DNA of 64,000 nucleotides. Origin: an uncultured Oscillospiraceae bacterium (GTDB taxonomy: Bacteria > Bacillota > Clostridia > Oscillospirales > Ruminococcaceae). The stretch lies in contig CAYJFO010000001.1 in assembly GCA_964369645.1 (NCBI GenBank), forward strand, positions 703 to 64,702, given 5' to 3'. Positions 17,571 to 27,401 of this stretch are shown piece after piece (position 1 is the stretch's first letter; each line of letters begins with the position of its first letter). Position numbers and translations under genes: made by a program. Below the pieces are notes generated by a model, which made no database searches, was not told the origin of the DNA, and saw nothing but the letters and a program-made list of their open reading frames with translations.

Positions 17571-18524
17571 TTATACAAGCTTTAAGAGTTTTTCCCTTAA
17601 AAGCTTTTTAAATTTTTCTGGCTCGTCGGTCATCGGGTTGTGTCCCGAATGTTCAAACCAAACCAGTTCCTTTTGGGGCGCTTTAATTAAATTAAAATAG
17701 TCTTCGACAAGTTCCGCCGGTGTGTTTTGGTCGTGGACACCGTCAAATATAAATATAGGAATTTCAAACTCTGTGCAGGTTTTGGCAAGGTCGGTTGCAC
17801 CAACCTCGGGCCACATAGCTTCAAGCACAAGTTTATGCCCTTTAATTATTCCAAAAAGATCCGAAATTGAATACTCGCCTGAAAAAAGCATCGGCTTAAC
17901 TATCGAGCTAAAGTAACTGCGTTTGTTTTCGGATTTTGAATATCCGCCATATTTCATCATAACTCTGCGCTGTATCATCATGCCCTTGAAGCCACCTTTG
18001 TACACCCCTTTAACGGGAGGCCCTAGTTCCATGAGTTTCAAGATAGACGAGGTGTCGCCCGCTTTTTCTGCCGAATCAAGTGCAAAGTTATAGCTTATCT
18101 CTTCGTTAAGTGTTCCGTTAACAACCTGTCCGAAGCCCACAAAAGCCGCGAGTTGTTCGGGATATTTAAATGAAAGCCATGTTCCAAGTTCGCTTCCCCA
18201 GCTTCCGCCGATTATAAATATCTTTTGTTTGTCAAATTCTTTACAAAGATACGCAACGAGTTCTCTCGCGTCTTCAACAAGACGCTCAATCGTGAGATCT
18301 TTCACATCAACACCATAGTATGAGCCGCCGCTTCCGCGTTGGTCCCAACCTACAAGTGTAAATGTGTCGAGCAGGTCTTTGTGTGCGGTCATAACTGCGT
18401 GGCGGTTGCAAACTCCGGGGCCTCCATGCAAAAACAACAACACAGGGTTGTTTGTGTCAAGGCTTCTAATATGTATCTTTTGCAAAAAACCACCAAGTGG
18501 AACTTTTATTTTCTTATCTAACAT
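17571..18524 (-). CDS. Alpha/beta hydrolase, proline iminopeptidase (S33) family
   Basis: LFLHGGPG, nucleophile elbow GGSWGS, and a C-terminal HSGHNP. Confidence 0.8.
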   Translation of the reverse strand: MLDKKIKVPLGGFLQKIHIRSLDTNNPVLLFLHGGPGVCNRHAVMTAHKDLLDTFTLVGWDQRGSGGSYYGVDVKDLTIERLVEDARELVAYLCKEFDKQKIFIIGGSWGSELGTWLSFKYPEQLAAFVGFGQVVNGTLNEEISYNFALDSAEKAGDTSSILKLMELGPPVKGVYKGGFKGMMIQRRVMMKYGGYSKSENKRSYFSSIVKPMLFSGEYSISDLFGIIKGHKLVLEAMWPEVGATDLAKTCTEFEIPIFIFDGVHDQNTPAELVEDYFNLIKAPQKELVWFEHSGHNPMTDEPEKFKKLLREKLLKLV

Positions 18525-18740
18525 CGTTTAACAAACCTCTATGTGAAATTTCAAAAAAAAATCAATACCTATAAAATATAACCTTTATTTAACTATGTGT
18601 CAAGCTTAAAAGGCATAATATCATAGTAAACTCCCCAAGCGTTGTTTAATAATGAACTAATCTCAAATTTACAAGATTTAAGCATGTAATAAACACCCCT
18701 TGAGGAGCACTTTCTAAAAATATATATTTAGTTGTTTTTT

Positions 18741-20192
18741 CTATCTTCTTTTGTTTCTTGGGTTGTCCGCATAGGGGTTTTCGGGCGGGCGGTTATACAT
18801 GTTGTTACCATTTTGGTTAGGCAACTTTCCTTGTCTTTTAAGGTTTTCAAGTTGTTGGCGTCTTCTTAAAGCCGCTATTCTTTTTTTCTTTTTGTTGCGT
18901 TCCGAGATAATAACAACAAAGATATATAAAATATAAATCCCAACGATTGCAAGCACAACTATGACAACAATCTGCATATAACTTGAACTCATAATCTCGC
19001 TTAACGTGTCAAGAAACGCCGCCCAAGCGCTTTTCTCGATGTTCTCACGTGATATCAAGCTTATCTCGCCAATATATTCGCCGTCCGCAAAAACCTTTGC
19101 TTTTCCTATCTCTTGGCCAAATTCAACAGGCGCATAAACAAGATCCGGTATATCCATTTCATACGTAATCTCGGGATCTTGCTCCCTTGCTATCTCGACC
19201 ACTGTCGAAACTTCTCCGCTACCATATAAAACAAGTTCATCTTTTTGCGAGCTGTGTCTTAACTGTGCGCTTCCGATTGCCGTGTCCGTGTTGATTACAT
19301 TGATCGTCTCAAAGTTGTCATACGCCCAATCGTAAAGCATTATTGTTTCGGTGAACGAAGAAATCGCCCCGTCCCCCCAAAGTTGATACGAGGGGTCGGT
19401 TGACGCTCCGAGAAGCGTTAGAATATAGTTTTGTCCGTCGCTTGAAGCGGTTGTAACAAGACATCGTCCAGCCGCCGGCAATGTGCCTGTTTTAACTCCT
19501 TTGATGTACGACGTGTAGTATTGTGTCGAACTGTCTTGAACCAAGACGGTTGTCGCCAACAGTCGCTCGTCCGACATGTTTGTGGCGGGAACAGTGTATC
19601 TCGATTTTTCCGCTATCTCGATAAAACCCGGAACCGAAAGAGCCCATTCGGTTATTTTGTATAAATCTTCCGCTGTCGAGTAATGGTTGTCTACAAAAAG
19701 TCCGTGTGGATTTGAGAAGTTTGTCCCTGTGCAACCGAGTTCTAACGCTTTTTGGTTCATTAAATTAATAAACTCGTCGCCACCATAATATTCCGAAACG
19801 ATAGACGCCGCTTCGTTTGCCGACACTATCATCATACAGTGTAGTAAATCATACATCGACATTGTTTCGCCCGCATCTATTCCGGCATTTGATATCCCCG
19901 AAATCTGGCTGAATTCGTCCCACAAATCGTCCGGCGCTGTAACCATAACGTTTAAATCTTCCGTCATTTCAAGCGCTAGAGCGGTCGACATAATCTTTGT
20001 TGTGGACGCCGGATGAAGCTGTTCATCCTCATTCTTAGCATATACAACTTGATTTGTGTCTGTGTTAACAAGATATATACCCTCGGCGGTCACATCAAAC
20101 GACGGTTCATATTCCGCCGATAAAGCCGAAAACGGAACCGTAAAAGTTAAAACTAAAAGCAATATTAATGATTTAATTTTTTTATCTATCAA
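18741..20192 (-). CDS. Serine-type D-Ala-D-Ala carboxypeptidase (PBP5-like) with C-terminal TM anchor and basic tail
   Basis: Signal peptide, the SxxK motif in PASTTKIMS, SANEAA (SxN), KTGT, and a C-terminal helix followed by a K/R-rich tail. Confidence 0.85.
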   Translation of the reverse strand: MIDKKIKSLILLLVLTFTVPFSALSAEYEPSFDVTAEGIYLVNTDTNQVVYAKNEDEQLHPASTTKIMSTALALEMTEDLNVMVTAPDDLWDEFSQISGISNAGIDAGETMSMYDLLHCMMIVSANEAASIVSEYYGGDEFINLMNQKALELGCTGTNFSNPHGLFVDNHYSTAEDLYKITEWALSVPGFIEIAEKSRYTVPATNMSDERLLATTVLVQDSSTQYYTSYIKGVKTGTLPAAGRCLVTTASSDGQNYILTLLGASTDPSYQLWGDGAISSFTETIMLYDWAYDNFETINVINTDTAIGSAQLRHSSQKDELVLYGSGEVSTVVEIAREQDPEITYEMDIPDLVYAPVEFGQEIGKAKVFADGEYIGEISLISRENIEKSAWAAFLDTLSEIMSSSYMQIVVIVVLAIVGIYILYIFVVIISERNKKKKRIAALRRRQQLENLKRQGKLPNQNGNNMYNRPPENPYADNPRNKRR

Positions 20193-20193
20193 A

Positions 20194-22245
20194 TTAATTT
20201 AACCTTCCTTTCAAAAACCCTTCAAACATATCTTCAGTCTTTTGCCTTAAAGCATTAAACCTGTCCGACTCAAGGAACTGTTGATTTTCCATTATATCAA
20301 ATGCAATTTTTTGCGACAGTGTAATCTCGTCACTGTCACTTGCAAGGTCCGCTATCCTAAACTCGGGCAAACCATGTTGACGCCTACCCAAAAAGTCACC
20401 GGGACCCCTATTTTTAAGGTCGTCTTGCGCAATCTTAAAACCGTCGCTCGTCTGGCGCATAGTTTCAAGCCGCGCTTTTGAACTTTCGCTTTTGCTGTTT
20501 GACACCAAAACACAATAGCTTTGGTCGTCTCCTCTTCCAACACGTCCGCGAAGTTGGTGTAACGTAGAAAGGCCAAACCTTTCAGCATTTTCTATTATTA
20601 TAAGGTTTGCGCGTTTTATGTCAATCCCGACTTCGATAACGGTAGTTGAAACCAAAACCGAAATCTCGCCGCGAAGCATCTGTTCCATAACGTCGTTTTT
20701 CTCTTTAGGTTTCATTTTCCCATGTAAAAGTCCAACTTTTATGTCTTTGAAATAACTTTCAATCTCTTTTTTATATTCGCTTGCCGATTTAACCTCGTCG
20801 AGCATCTCGCTATCTTCAACTAAAGGACATATTATAAAAACAGCGTTTTTGCTTTCGGTAGATTTCCTTACAAAATCAAGATATCTTTTTTTATATTCAG
20901 ACGACACTACATATGTTTTAATCGGTTTTCTTCCGTGAGGAAGCTCGTCTATAACCGAAATATCAAGGTCGCCATATATTATAAGCGCAAGCGTTCGCGG
21001 TATCGGCGTTGCCGATATTACTAGTACATGTGGGTTGTTGCCTTTGTCCGAAAGGGCGGTTCTTTGGTTTACTCCAAAGCGGTGTTGCTCGTCTGTTATA
21101 ACTACGGCTAAGTTTTTAAACTTAACGTTTTGTGATATAACAGCATGTGTACCAACCAAAAGGTCAATCTCTCCGCTTTCAAGCTTTGATAAAAGTTGCT
21201 CCCTTGCTTTGCCTTTTACCGAGCCTGTTAAAAAACCTGTTTTAACCCCAAATGGTTCAAGCAACTGACTATATGTCTCAAAATGTTGCGACGCGAGGAT
21301 TTCGGTCGGAGCCATAACCGCCGATTGAAAGCCGTTATTAAAGCTTTGAAAAACCGCCGCTGCCGAAACAACCGTCTTTCCGCTTCCGACGTCACCCTGT
21401 AGCAATCTGTTCATCGGGGTGTCTTTTGTAAGATCTTTTGATATCTCTCTAATCGACTTTAACTGTGCGTTTGTAAGCTTAAACGGCACTCCATTAATAA
21501 AATTGGATAACGGAACAAGGGGCAACGAAACCCCATAAAGTTTTTTTGAGCTACTTTTTATGCATTTCATTCCAATCGACAAAACTAGAAGTTCTTCCGT
21601 TATAAGCCTTTTTTTTGCCGTCAAAATCTCTTGTTCATTTTTAGGAAAATGAATTTTTTTTGTCGCTTCTTTTAAAGATATCAACTCATATTTACTAAGT
21701 ATATCTTCGGGAATCGTTTCTTCAACAACCTCATCGATAAGTTTTAACGCTTCTGATATCGTGTTTGATATAACTTTGCTTGAAAGTCCGTCCGTCGAAG
21801 AATATACTGGCGAAAAAGTTCCAACCTTTTCAATAGGTATAATAACAGGGTTAACAGTTTCTCTTTTGGTGAAACCGGTCGAAAGCTTACAGAAAAAAAA
21901 GTACTCTTCGCCCTCTTTAAGCGCGTCATATGTATAACGATTGTTAAACCAAGTTAATATGACAGAACAGCTTTGATCAAACGCCGTCGCTTTGTATAGC
22001 ATACGTCCGCCACTAATTCTAGTAGCCGCTAGCTTTTGGTTTACCGTGGCTTTTATTACGACAAAGCTCCCTATCTCAGCGGACGCTATCGACGAAGAAA
22101 GTTCTAAGTTGTCATATCGTCTTGGGTAATAGCTCAAAAGAGCGTCAACAGTTCCCACGCCAAGCTTTTTAAAAAGCTTTTGGCGAAGACTGCCAACCCC
22201 CTTGAGTTTAGTTATATCATATTTTACAACATTTTGGTTGCTCAA
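20194..22245 (-). CDS. recG: ATP-dependent DNA helicase RecG
   Basis: Wedge domain at the N-terminus, GDVGSGKT Walker A, DEQHRFG (DEAH-type box) and QLRGRVGRG motif VI. 683 aa. Confidence 0.93.
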   Translation of the reverse strand: MSNQNVVKYDITKLKGVGSLRQKLFKKLGVGTVDALLSYYPRRYDNLELSSSIASAEIGSFVVIKATVNQKLAATRISGGRMLYKATAFDQSCSVILTWFNNRYTYDALKEGEEYFFFCKLSTGFTKRETVNPVIIPIEKVGTFSPVYSSTDGLSSKVISNTISEALKLIDEVVEETIPEDILSKYELISLKEATKKIHFPKNEQEILTAKKRLITEELLVLSIGMKCIKSSSKKLYGVSLPLVPLSNFINGVPFKLTNAQLKSIREISKDLTKDTPMNRLLQGDVGSGKTVVSAAAVFQSFNNGFQSAVMAPTEILASQHFETYSQLLEPFGVKTGFLTGSVKGKAREQLLSKLESGEIDLLVGTHAVISQNVKFKNLAVVITDEQHRFGVNQRTALSDKGNNPHVLVISATPIPRTLALIIYGDLDISVIDELPHGRKPIKTYVVSSEYKKRYLDFVRKSTESKNAVFIICPLVEDSEMLDEVKSASEYKKEIESYFKDIKVGLLHGKMKPKEKNDVMEQMLRGEISVLVSTTVIEVGIDIKRANLIIIENAERFGLSTLHQLRGRVGRGDDQSYCVLVSNSKSESSKARLETMRQTSDGFKIAQDDLKNRGPGDFLGRRQHGLPEFRIADLASDSDEITLSQKIAFDIMENQQFLESDRFNALRQKTEDMFEGFLKGRLN

Positions 22246-22250
22246 TTTGT

Positions 22251-23930
22251 CTATTCCGCTGATAAGTAGTAGTAATAGACCGGTTGGCCGCCGTTAATAA
22301 GGTTAATCTCGATGTTGGACGGGATTTTTTGCTTAATAAGCTCAAGGGTTTTTTCCGCTTCGTCCTCGTTAACATCGCTTCCGTATATAACGGTTAAGAA
22401 ACTCTTGTCTTTTGAAACTATCTTTTTTGCGAGTTTTACAGCCGCGTTTGATATAGACTTTTCGGTGAATACAAGTTTTCCGCTTTCAAGCGCCAAAATC
22501 TCGCCTTCTTTTATCGTATGTCCGTCAAAGTCGCTGTTTCTTGCCGCAAACGTAATCTGTCCGACTACTGCATTTTCAGCAGATTCTTTCATCGTCACAA
22601 GGTTTTGCTCGACACCATCATCCGGATTAAACATAAGCATAGCGCTTATTCCGGCCGGTATAGAACGCGTCGGCAACGTAACGGCATTTCTATCCGCTAA
22701 AAGACAGGCTTGTTCCGCCGCCATTATTATGTTTTTGTTGTTGGCGAGAACTATAACATTTTCCGCCGCAACCGATTGTATAGCCGCTAAAATATCGTCG
22801 GTTGACGGGTTCATCGTTTGTCCGCCACTTACAACTTTGTCGACTCCAAGATCGAAGAAAAGTTGTTTTAACCCTTCCCCACACGAAACCGAAACTATAC
22901 CATATTTAATTGAACTGTCTTTTTTAACATATTCAAATTCGCTTACGTCTTCGACCGAAGCTTTTTTCTCAGGCATCTTCGCGCCCGGGTTAAGAGCCAT
23001 AAACTGCTCTAACATATTTTCAATCTTAATCTTGGAAAGATATCCGTGGATTAACGCAAACTTTAAAGCTTTGTCGGGTGTTTTTGTGTGAACGTGGCAT
23101 TTAATAAGCTCGTCGTCCTCAACAACTACAACGCTATTTCCGATAGATTCAAGATTAGCGCGAAGTTTAACCGCGTTTGCCTCTTGCTCCTCGGTTTTGA
23201 TTACGAGAAATTCGGTACAATAACTGTCGGTATCCTCGTTTATCATATCTTCGGCATGCACGCCTTTAGGAACAACAGCCGCTTCGCTTTGGCCTTCCTC
23301 GGCATTTGAAAGTTCGACAATCTTTCCGTTTTTAAGCGACGAAAGCATACCCTCAAAAATACACACGAAGCCACGTCCACCCGCGTCTACAACCCCTGCT
23401 TTTTTCAAAACGGGTAACATCTCGGGGGTTTGCTGAAGAGTTTCTTCCGCAACGTCTACAATAAGTTCAAACGTTTCAAGCGGCGACAACTCCCCTGCTT
23501 GTTCTACAGATTTCTCCGCCGCAACACGCGCAACGGTTAGAATAGTTCCCTCTGTTGGTTTCATAACGGCTTTATACGCCGATTCAACACCCTTTGCAAG
23601 CGAACTAGCAATGTCTTTACTTCCCGCTTGTTCAAGACCCGAAAGGCCTTTAGAAAAACCTCTGAACAAAAGTGAAAGAATAACGCCGGAATTTCCCCTA
23701 GCGCCTCTTAAAAGCGACGATGCTGCAACTTGAGAAACTTTCTCTACAGTGCAGTTATCATCTAATAATTGAAGTTCGCGAACCGCGAAGCCTATCGTCA
23801 TAGACATGTTGGTTCCGGTGTCTCCGTCCGGAACCGGGAATACGTTTAGTTCATCAACAGCACTCTTATTATTTTTAATATTGTTAGCGCCGGAAATAAT
23901 GCTGTCTCGCAACTGTTTACCGGTTATCAT
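22251..23930 (-). CDS. DAK2 domain protein (YloV / fatty-acid kinase FakA-like)
   Basis: The N-terminal DAK2 signature is VFPVPDGDTGTNM. 559 aa, in the conserved Asp23-YloV-RecG neighbourhood. Confidence 0.85.
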   Translation of the reverse strand: MITGKQLRDSIISGANNIKNNKSAVDELNVFPVPDGDTGTNMSMTIGFAVRELQLLDDNCTVEKVSQVAASSLLRGARGNSGVILSLLFRGFSKGLSGLEQAGSKDIASSLAKGVESAYKAVMKPTEGTILTVARVAAEKSVEQAGELSPLETFELIVDVAEETLQQTPEMLPVLKKAGVVDAGGRGFVCIFEGMLSSLKNGKIVELSNAEEGQSEAAVVPKGVHAEDMINEDTDSYCTEFLVIKTEEQEANAVKLRANLESIGNSVVVVEDDELIKCHVHTKTPDKALKFALIHGYLSKIKIENMLEQFMALNPGAKMPEKKASVEDVSEFEYVKKDSSIKYGIVSVSCGEGLKQLFFDLGVDKVVSGGQTMNPSTDDILAAIQSVAAENVIVLANNKNIIMAAEQACLLADRNAVTLPTRSIPAGISAMLMFNPDDGVEQNLVTMKESAENAVVGQITFAARNSDFDGHTIKEGEILALESGKLVFTEKSISNAAVKLAKKIVSKDKSFLTVIYGSDVNEDEAEKTLELIKQKIPSNIEINLINGGQPVYYYYLSAE

Positions 23931-23967
23931 TTAAGAAAAGTCCTTCCAAAAAAATTTTACCTTTGGT

Positions 23968-24321
23968 TTACTCTGAAACCATTTCATCGACAAAAACATC
24001 GACTTTATGAACGATAAATCCTGTGGCGTTTTCAACAGCGTATTTCACTTTGTTTGAAATCGAGTCAACTATCGCGTTAAGATTTACCCCATAAATAACT
24101 CTTATGTGGAGTTCGATGTCGAGTTTTCCGTCGTTTGCGGAAACGCGCACCCCTTTTTCAGGGAAGTCGTTACCAAAAATAAGCGAGCGAAACCCTTCCA
24201 TTGGGCCACTTGTTGCCATTCCGCTAACCCCGTAACAGGTTGTCGAAATCTTGCCAACTAGGCTTGCAAAAAAGTCAGATGTGAATGTTACGGAACCTAT
24301 CGAATTTGTATATTTAACCAC
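23968..24321 (-). CDS. Asp23/Gls24 family envelope-stress protein (YloU-like)
   Basis: 117 aa directly upstream of the DAK2 protein. The Asp23-like pattern GV.V......L.I.L....YG is present. Confidence 0.8.
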   Translation of the reverse strand: MVKYTNSIGSVTFTSDFFASLVGKISTTCYGVSGMATSGPMEGFRSLIFGNDFPEKGVRVSANDGKLDIELHIRVIYGVNLNAIVDSISNKVKYAVENATGFIVHKVDVFVDEMVSE

Positions 24322-24413
24322 TGTTGTTAATTTCCTTTCAGTGCGCTTGTAATAATATATTACCCTATATCTACCTATTATGTCAAGATTCGAACGAAAA
24401 AGTTGGTGAATTT

Positions 24414-25193
24414 TTAGTTGGTTAATTCACATATTCTTTCTATCCCAACACAACTTTTAGTTTTCAAATCAATGTTAAAACTAACTCCGCAAAGCTTAGC
24501 TTCTCCCCCCTCGACGCTAAATCGAACAGGAACGCCAAAACGTTGCTTTTTTATAGATTGCTCTATTTTAACCCCAATAACCGAATTAATCGCCCCAACC
24601 ATTCCGGCGTCGGTTATATATCCCGTGCCTTTTTCAAAAATTCTAGCATCGGCGGTCTCGACATGTGTGTGTGTTCCGAAAAGGGCGGATATCTCGCCGT
24701 CGAAACAGTTTGCAAACGCTAATTTTTCGCTTGTCGACTCGGCGTGGAAATCAACTATCTTTATCGCATTTGGATATTCTTTTATTATATTCTCCATTAT
24801 ATTATATGGGTTATCGCTTGAAATACCCATGAAACTTTGCCCTATGATATTGACGACAACAATTTGATACGAACCTTTATCGATAATACAGCTTCCTTTT
24901 CCACAAACCCCTTTCGGGTAGTTTAATGGTCGAATTAAAAACTCGGACGACTCAAAAAGTTCGACATAGTCCGCGCTTCTAAACGAATGGTTGCCCGTCG
25001 TTATCGCGTCGATACCAAACGAAAAAAGTCTTGTCGCCGTCTTGCGGTTTATTCCAACTCCCGAATCGGCGCTGTTCTCTCCGTTAACGATAATAACGTC
25101 GGGATTATACTTCATTCTTAAAGTCGGCAAAAGTTTTTCAACAGCATCTACGCCGGTTCTTCCAACGATATCTCCGATACAAATTACATTCAT
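24414..25193 (-). CDS. ymdB: YmdB-type metallophosphoesterase (TIGR00282-like)
   Basis: The N-terminus reads MNVICIGDIVGRTG, with GENSA and GNH motifs, and the gene lies directly downstream of rny as in Bacillus. The ATG at 25193 is preferred over the one at 25205. Confidence 0.85.
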   Translation of the reverse strand: MNVICIGDIVGRTGVDAVEKLLPTLRMKYNPDVIIVNGENSADSGVGINRKTATRLFSFGIDAITTGNHSFRSADYVELFESSEFLIRPLNYPKGVCGKGSCIIDKGSYQIVVVNIIGQSFMGISSDNPYNIMENIIKEYPNAIKIVDFHAESTSEKLAFANCFDGEISALFGTHTHVETADARIFEKGTGYITDAGMVGAINSVIGVKIEQSIKKQRFGVPVRFSVEGGEAKLCGVSFNIDLKTKSCVGIERICELTN

Positions 25194-25343
25194 ACAAGCC
25201 ACCATTCCTTTCCGAAAATTCTATGTCTGTCGATTATTTAAGATTTAAAACAAAGTAATAAATAGAATTGTAGGGACAACCCTTGCTGTTGCCCCTACAG
25301 TTTTTTTGCATGTTTAAGCGTAAATAATTCTTATATCTTTCGT

Positions 25344-26900
25344 CTACTTCGCGTAGTCTATCGCTCTGCTTTCTCTAATAACGTGGACTTTTATCTGTCC
25401 CGGATAATCAAGTTCGTTTTCTATGCGGCTTACAATTTGGTGTGCAACAACGGTTAGGTTGTCGTCCGAAACCTCTTCTGGTTTAACCAAAATTCTAATC
25501 TCGCGGCCGGCTTGAATTGCGAACGAGCGGTCAACCCCTACAAACGAATCGGCAATCTCTTCAAGTTTTTCAAGACGCTTGATATAGTTTTCAAGGTTTT
25601 CGCTTCGTGCGCCAGGACGCGCCGCAGAAATGGCGTCTGCCGCCATAACGATGTATGCAAGCGGAGTTTTCGCTTCAACGTCGCCATGATGAGCTTCGAT
25701 AGCGTGTACAATTTCTGGATTTTCCTTGTACTTTTTCGCAAGATCAACACCGATTTGAATATGGCTTCCGTCCGTTTCGTGGTCGATAGATTTTCCTATG
25801 TCGTGTAGAAGTCCCGCACGTTTTGCCATAGTAACGTCAAGACCAAGTTCTGCCGCGAGTATTCCCGATAACATTGCGACCTCAAACGAATGGTTAAGAA
25901 CATTTTGTCCGTAACTTGTTCTGTAATGAAGTCTTCCGAGAAGTTTTATCATGTCGGGATGGATACCGTGGATACCGACATCAAGCACAAGTTTTTCACC
26001 TTGTTTTTTGATTATGTTATCGACTTCTCGTTTAGATTTTTCAACCGATTCTTCGATCCTTGCCGGATGTATTCTTCCGTCAAAGATAAGCTTTTCAAGG
26101 GTAAGTCGCGCAATCTCTCTTCTAACTGGGTCGAAACTTGATATGGTAATCGCTTCCGGCGTGTCGTCGATTATAAGGTCGACGCCGGTAACCGTTTCGA
26201 TAGTTCTTATATTACGGCCCTCACGACCAATAATTCTTCCCTTCATCTCGTCGTTAGGAAGCGGAACAACCGACACGGTAGCCTCGGACGAATGGTCCGC
26301 AGCACACCTTGCAATTGCAAGGCTTATAAGATTTCTCGCCATCGTTTCGGATTCGTCTTGTAGATTTTGTTCAAAGAACTTGATACGAAGCGCCTTTTCG
26401 TGGGAAAGTTCGCCGTCAAGTTGATGGAGCAACATCTCTTTTGCTTGTTCCGTTGTAAGAGAGGAAATCTGTTCCAACATTCCAAGTTGAGTCACTTTAA
26501 GCTTATCAACCTCTTCAATCTTGTTTTCAAGGTCTTGTACTCTAACCTTTTGTTTTTGTTCTTCTTTTTCAAATTGATCTACTTTTTTGTCGAAATTTTC
26601 TTCCTTTTGTGTCAATCTTCTTTCTTGACGTATTGTCTCGTTTCTTCTCTCACGAAGTTCGTTTTCAGACTCGCTTCGCATTTTGAATATCTCGTCCTTT
26701 GCTTCAAGGACCGCTTCTTTTCTTTTTTGTTCAGCTGATTTAATAGCATCGTTTATGATTCTTCTCGACTCATCTTCCGCAGAACCAATCTTTGCTTCTG
26801 CTATCTTACGGCGATATGCAACGCCGAAGTAAAAACATGCTATTCCGGCGACAACCGCCGCCACAATCGCTGAAACAACCGGTACAATTATAGATACCAT
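25344..26900 (-). CDS. rny: Ribonuclease Y
   Basis: N-terminal TM helix, a charged coiled coil, a KH domain ([12 protein letters not shown]) and an HD domain (LLHDIGK). Confidence 0.95.
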   Translation of the reverse strand: MVSIIVPVVSAIVAAVVAGIACFYFGVAYRRKIAEAKIGSAEDESRRIINDAIKSAEQKRKEAVLEAKDEIFKMRSESENELRERRNETIRQERRLTQKEENFDKKVDQFEKEEQKQKVRVQDLENKIEEVDKLKVTQLGMLEQISSLTTEQAKEMLLHQLDGELSHEKALRIKFFEQNLQDESETMARNLISLAIARCAADHSSEATVSVVPLPNDEMKGRIIGREGRNIRTIETVTGVDLIIDDTPEAITISSFDPVRREIARLTLEKLIFDGRIHPARIEESVEKSKREVDNIIKKQGEKLVLDVGIHGIHPDMIKLLGRLHYRTSYGQNVLNHSFEVAMLSGILAAELGLDVTMAKRAGLLHDIGKSIDHETDGSHIQIGVDLAKKYKENPEIVHAIEAHHGDVEAKTPLAYIVMAADAISAARPGARSENLENYIKRLEKLEEIADSFVGVDRSFAIQAGREIRILVKPEEVSDDNLTVVAHQIVSRIENELDYPGQIKVHVIRESRAIDYAK

Positions 26901-27159
26901 TGCTTCATTTGTCTCCTAACTAAAATTCATTTTTCATCACTTTTTTATGGCAAAGTAATGAAATTATTGTGAAATATATCCATTATTTAAAGCCTACTAG
27001 CTTTATATTAAAACATATACGACAAGTAATATTTTAGACCTAATATTTCAATATGTCAATGGTTTGTTAACATTTATTATATATTTATTTTTCGTCTTGT
27101 TTTTTTTTATATTATATAGTATAATATTTTTTAATATTAAATCAATATTAAAAAGCTGT

Positions 27160-27388
27160 TATTTGTGAACGAGCGCAGGTGTTTTTGCTTTTACAGAGAG
27201 TGCCGCTGAAGTTGGAAAGGCACAAGCGAACCCATTGCGACACCATCACATTAGCTTTGTCGTTAAAAGCGACGACGGTTTGGCGCGTTATAGCCTGCTT
27301 AAAGTGGCGATTTCAAATCGCAATTTGGGTGGAACCATGGAGTTTAAAGCTTCATCCCTTGTTTTTGGGATGGGCTTTTATTTTTTTT
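27160..27388 (+). promoter_or_regulatory. T-box riboswitch leader (threonine specifier) controlling thrS
   Basis: AGAGAG bulge (27195-27200). A candidate specifier ACC followed by A (27242-27245) sits between the pairings TGTGA/TCACA and CGCA/TGCG. The T-box sequence AATTTGGGTGGAACCATGG is at 27322-27340. The terminator CATCCC..GGGATG is followed by a T-run (27353-27388). Confidence 0.85.
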
Positions 27389-27401
27389 AAGGAGTTTAAA
27401 T

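Noticed and set aside
25269-25307. A hairpin (TGTAGGG-A-CAAC..GTTG-C-CCCTACA) between rny and ymdB. Its T7 run is on the + strand, which makes it look like a terminator pointing against all neighbouring genes.
   Set aside because: The minus-strand RNA forms the same stem followed by a moderately U-rich tract. It is most simply a partial rny terminator or processing site. There is no plus-strand promoter or gene to terminate.
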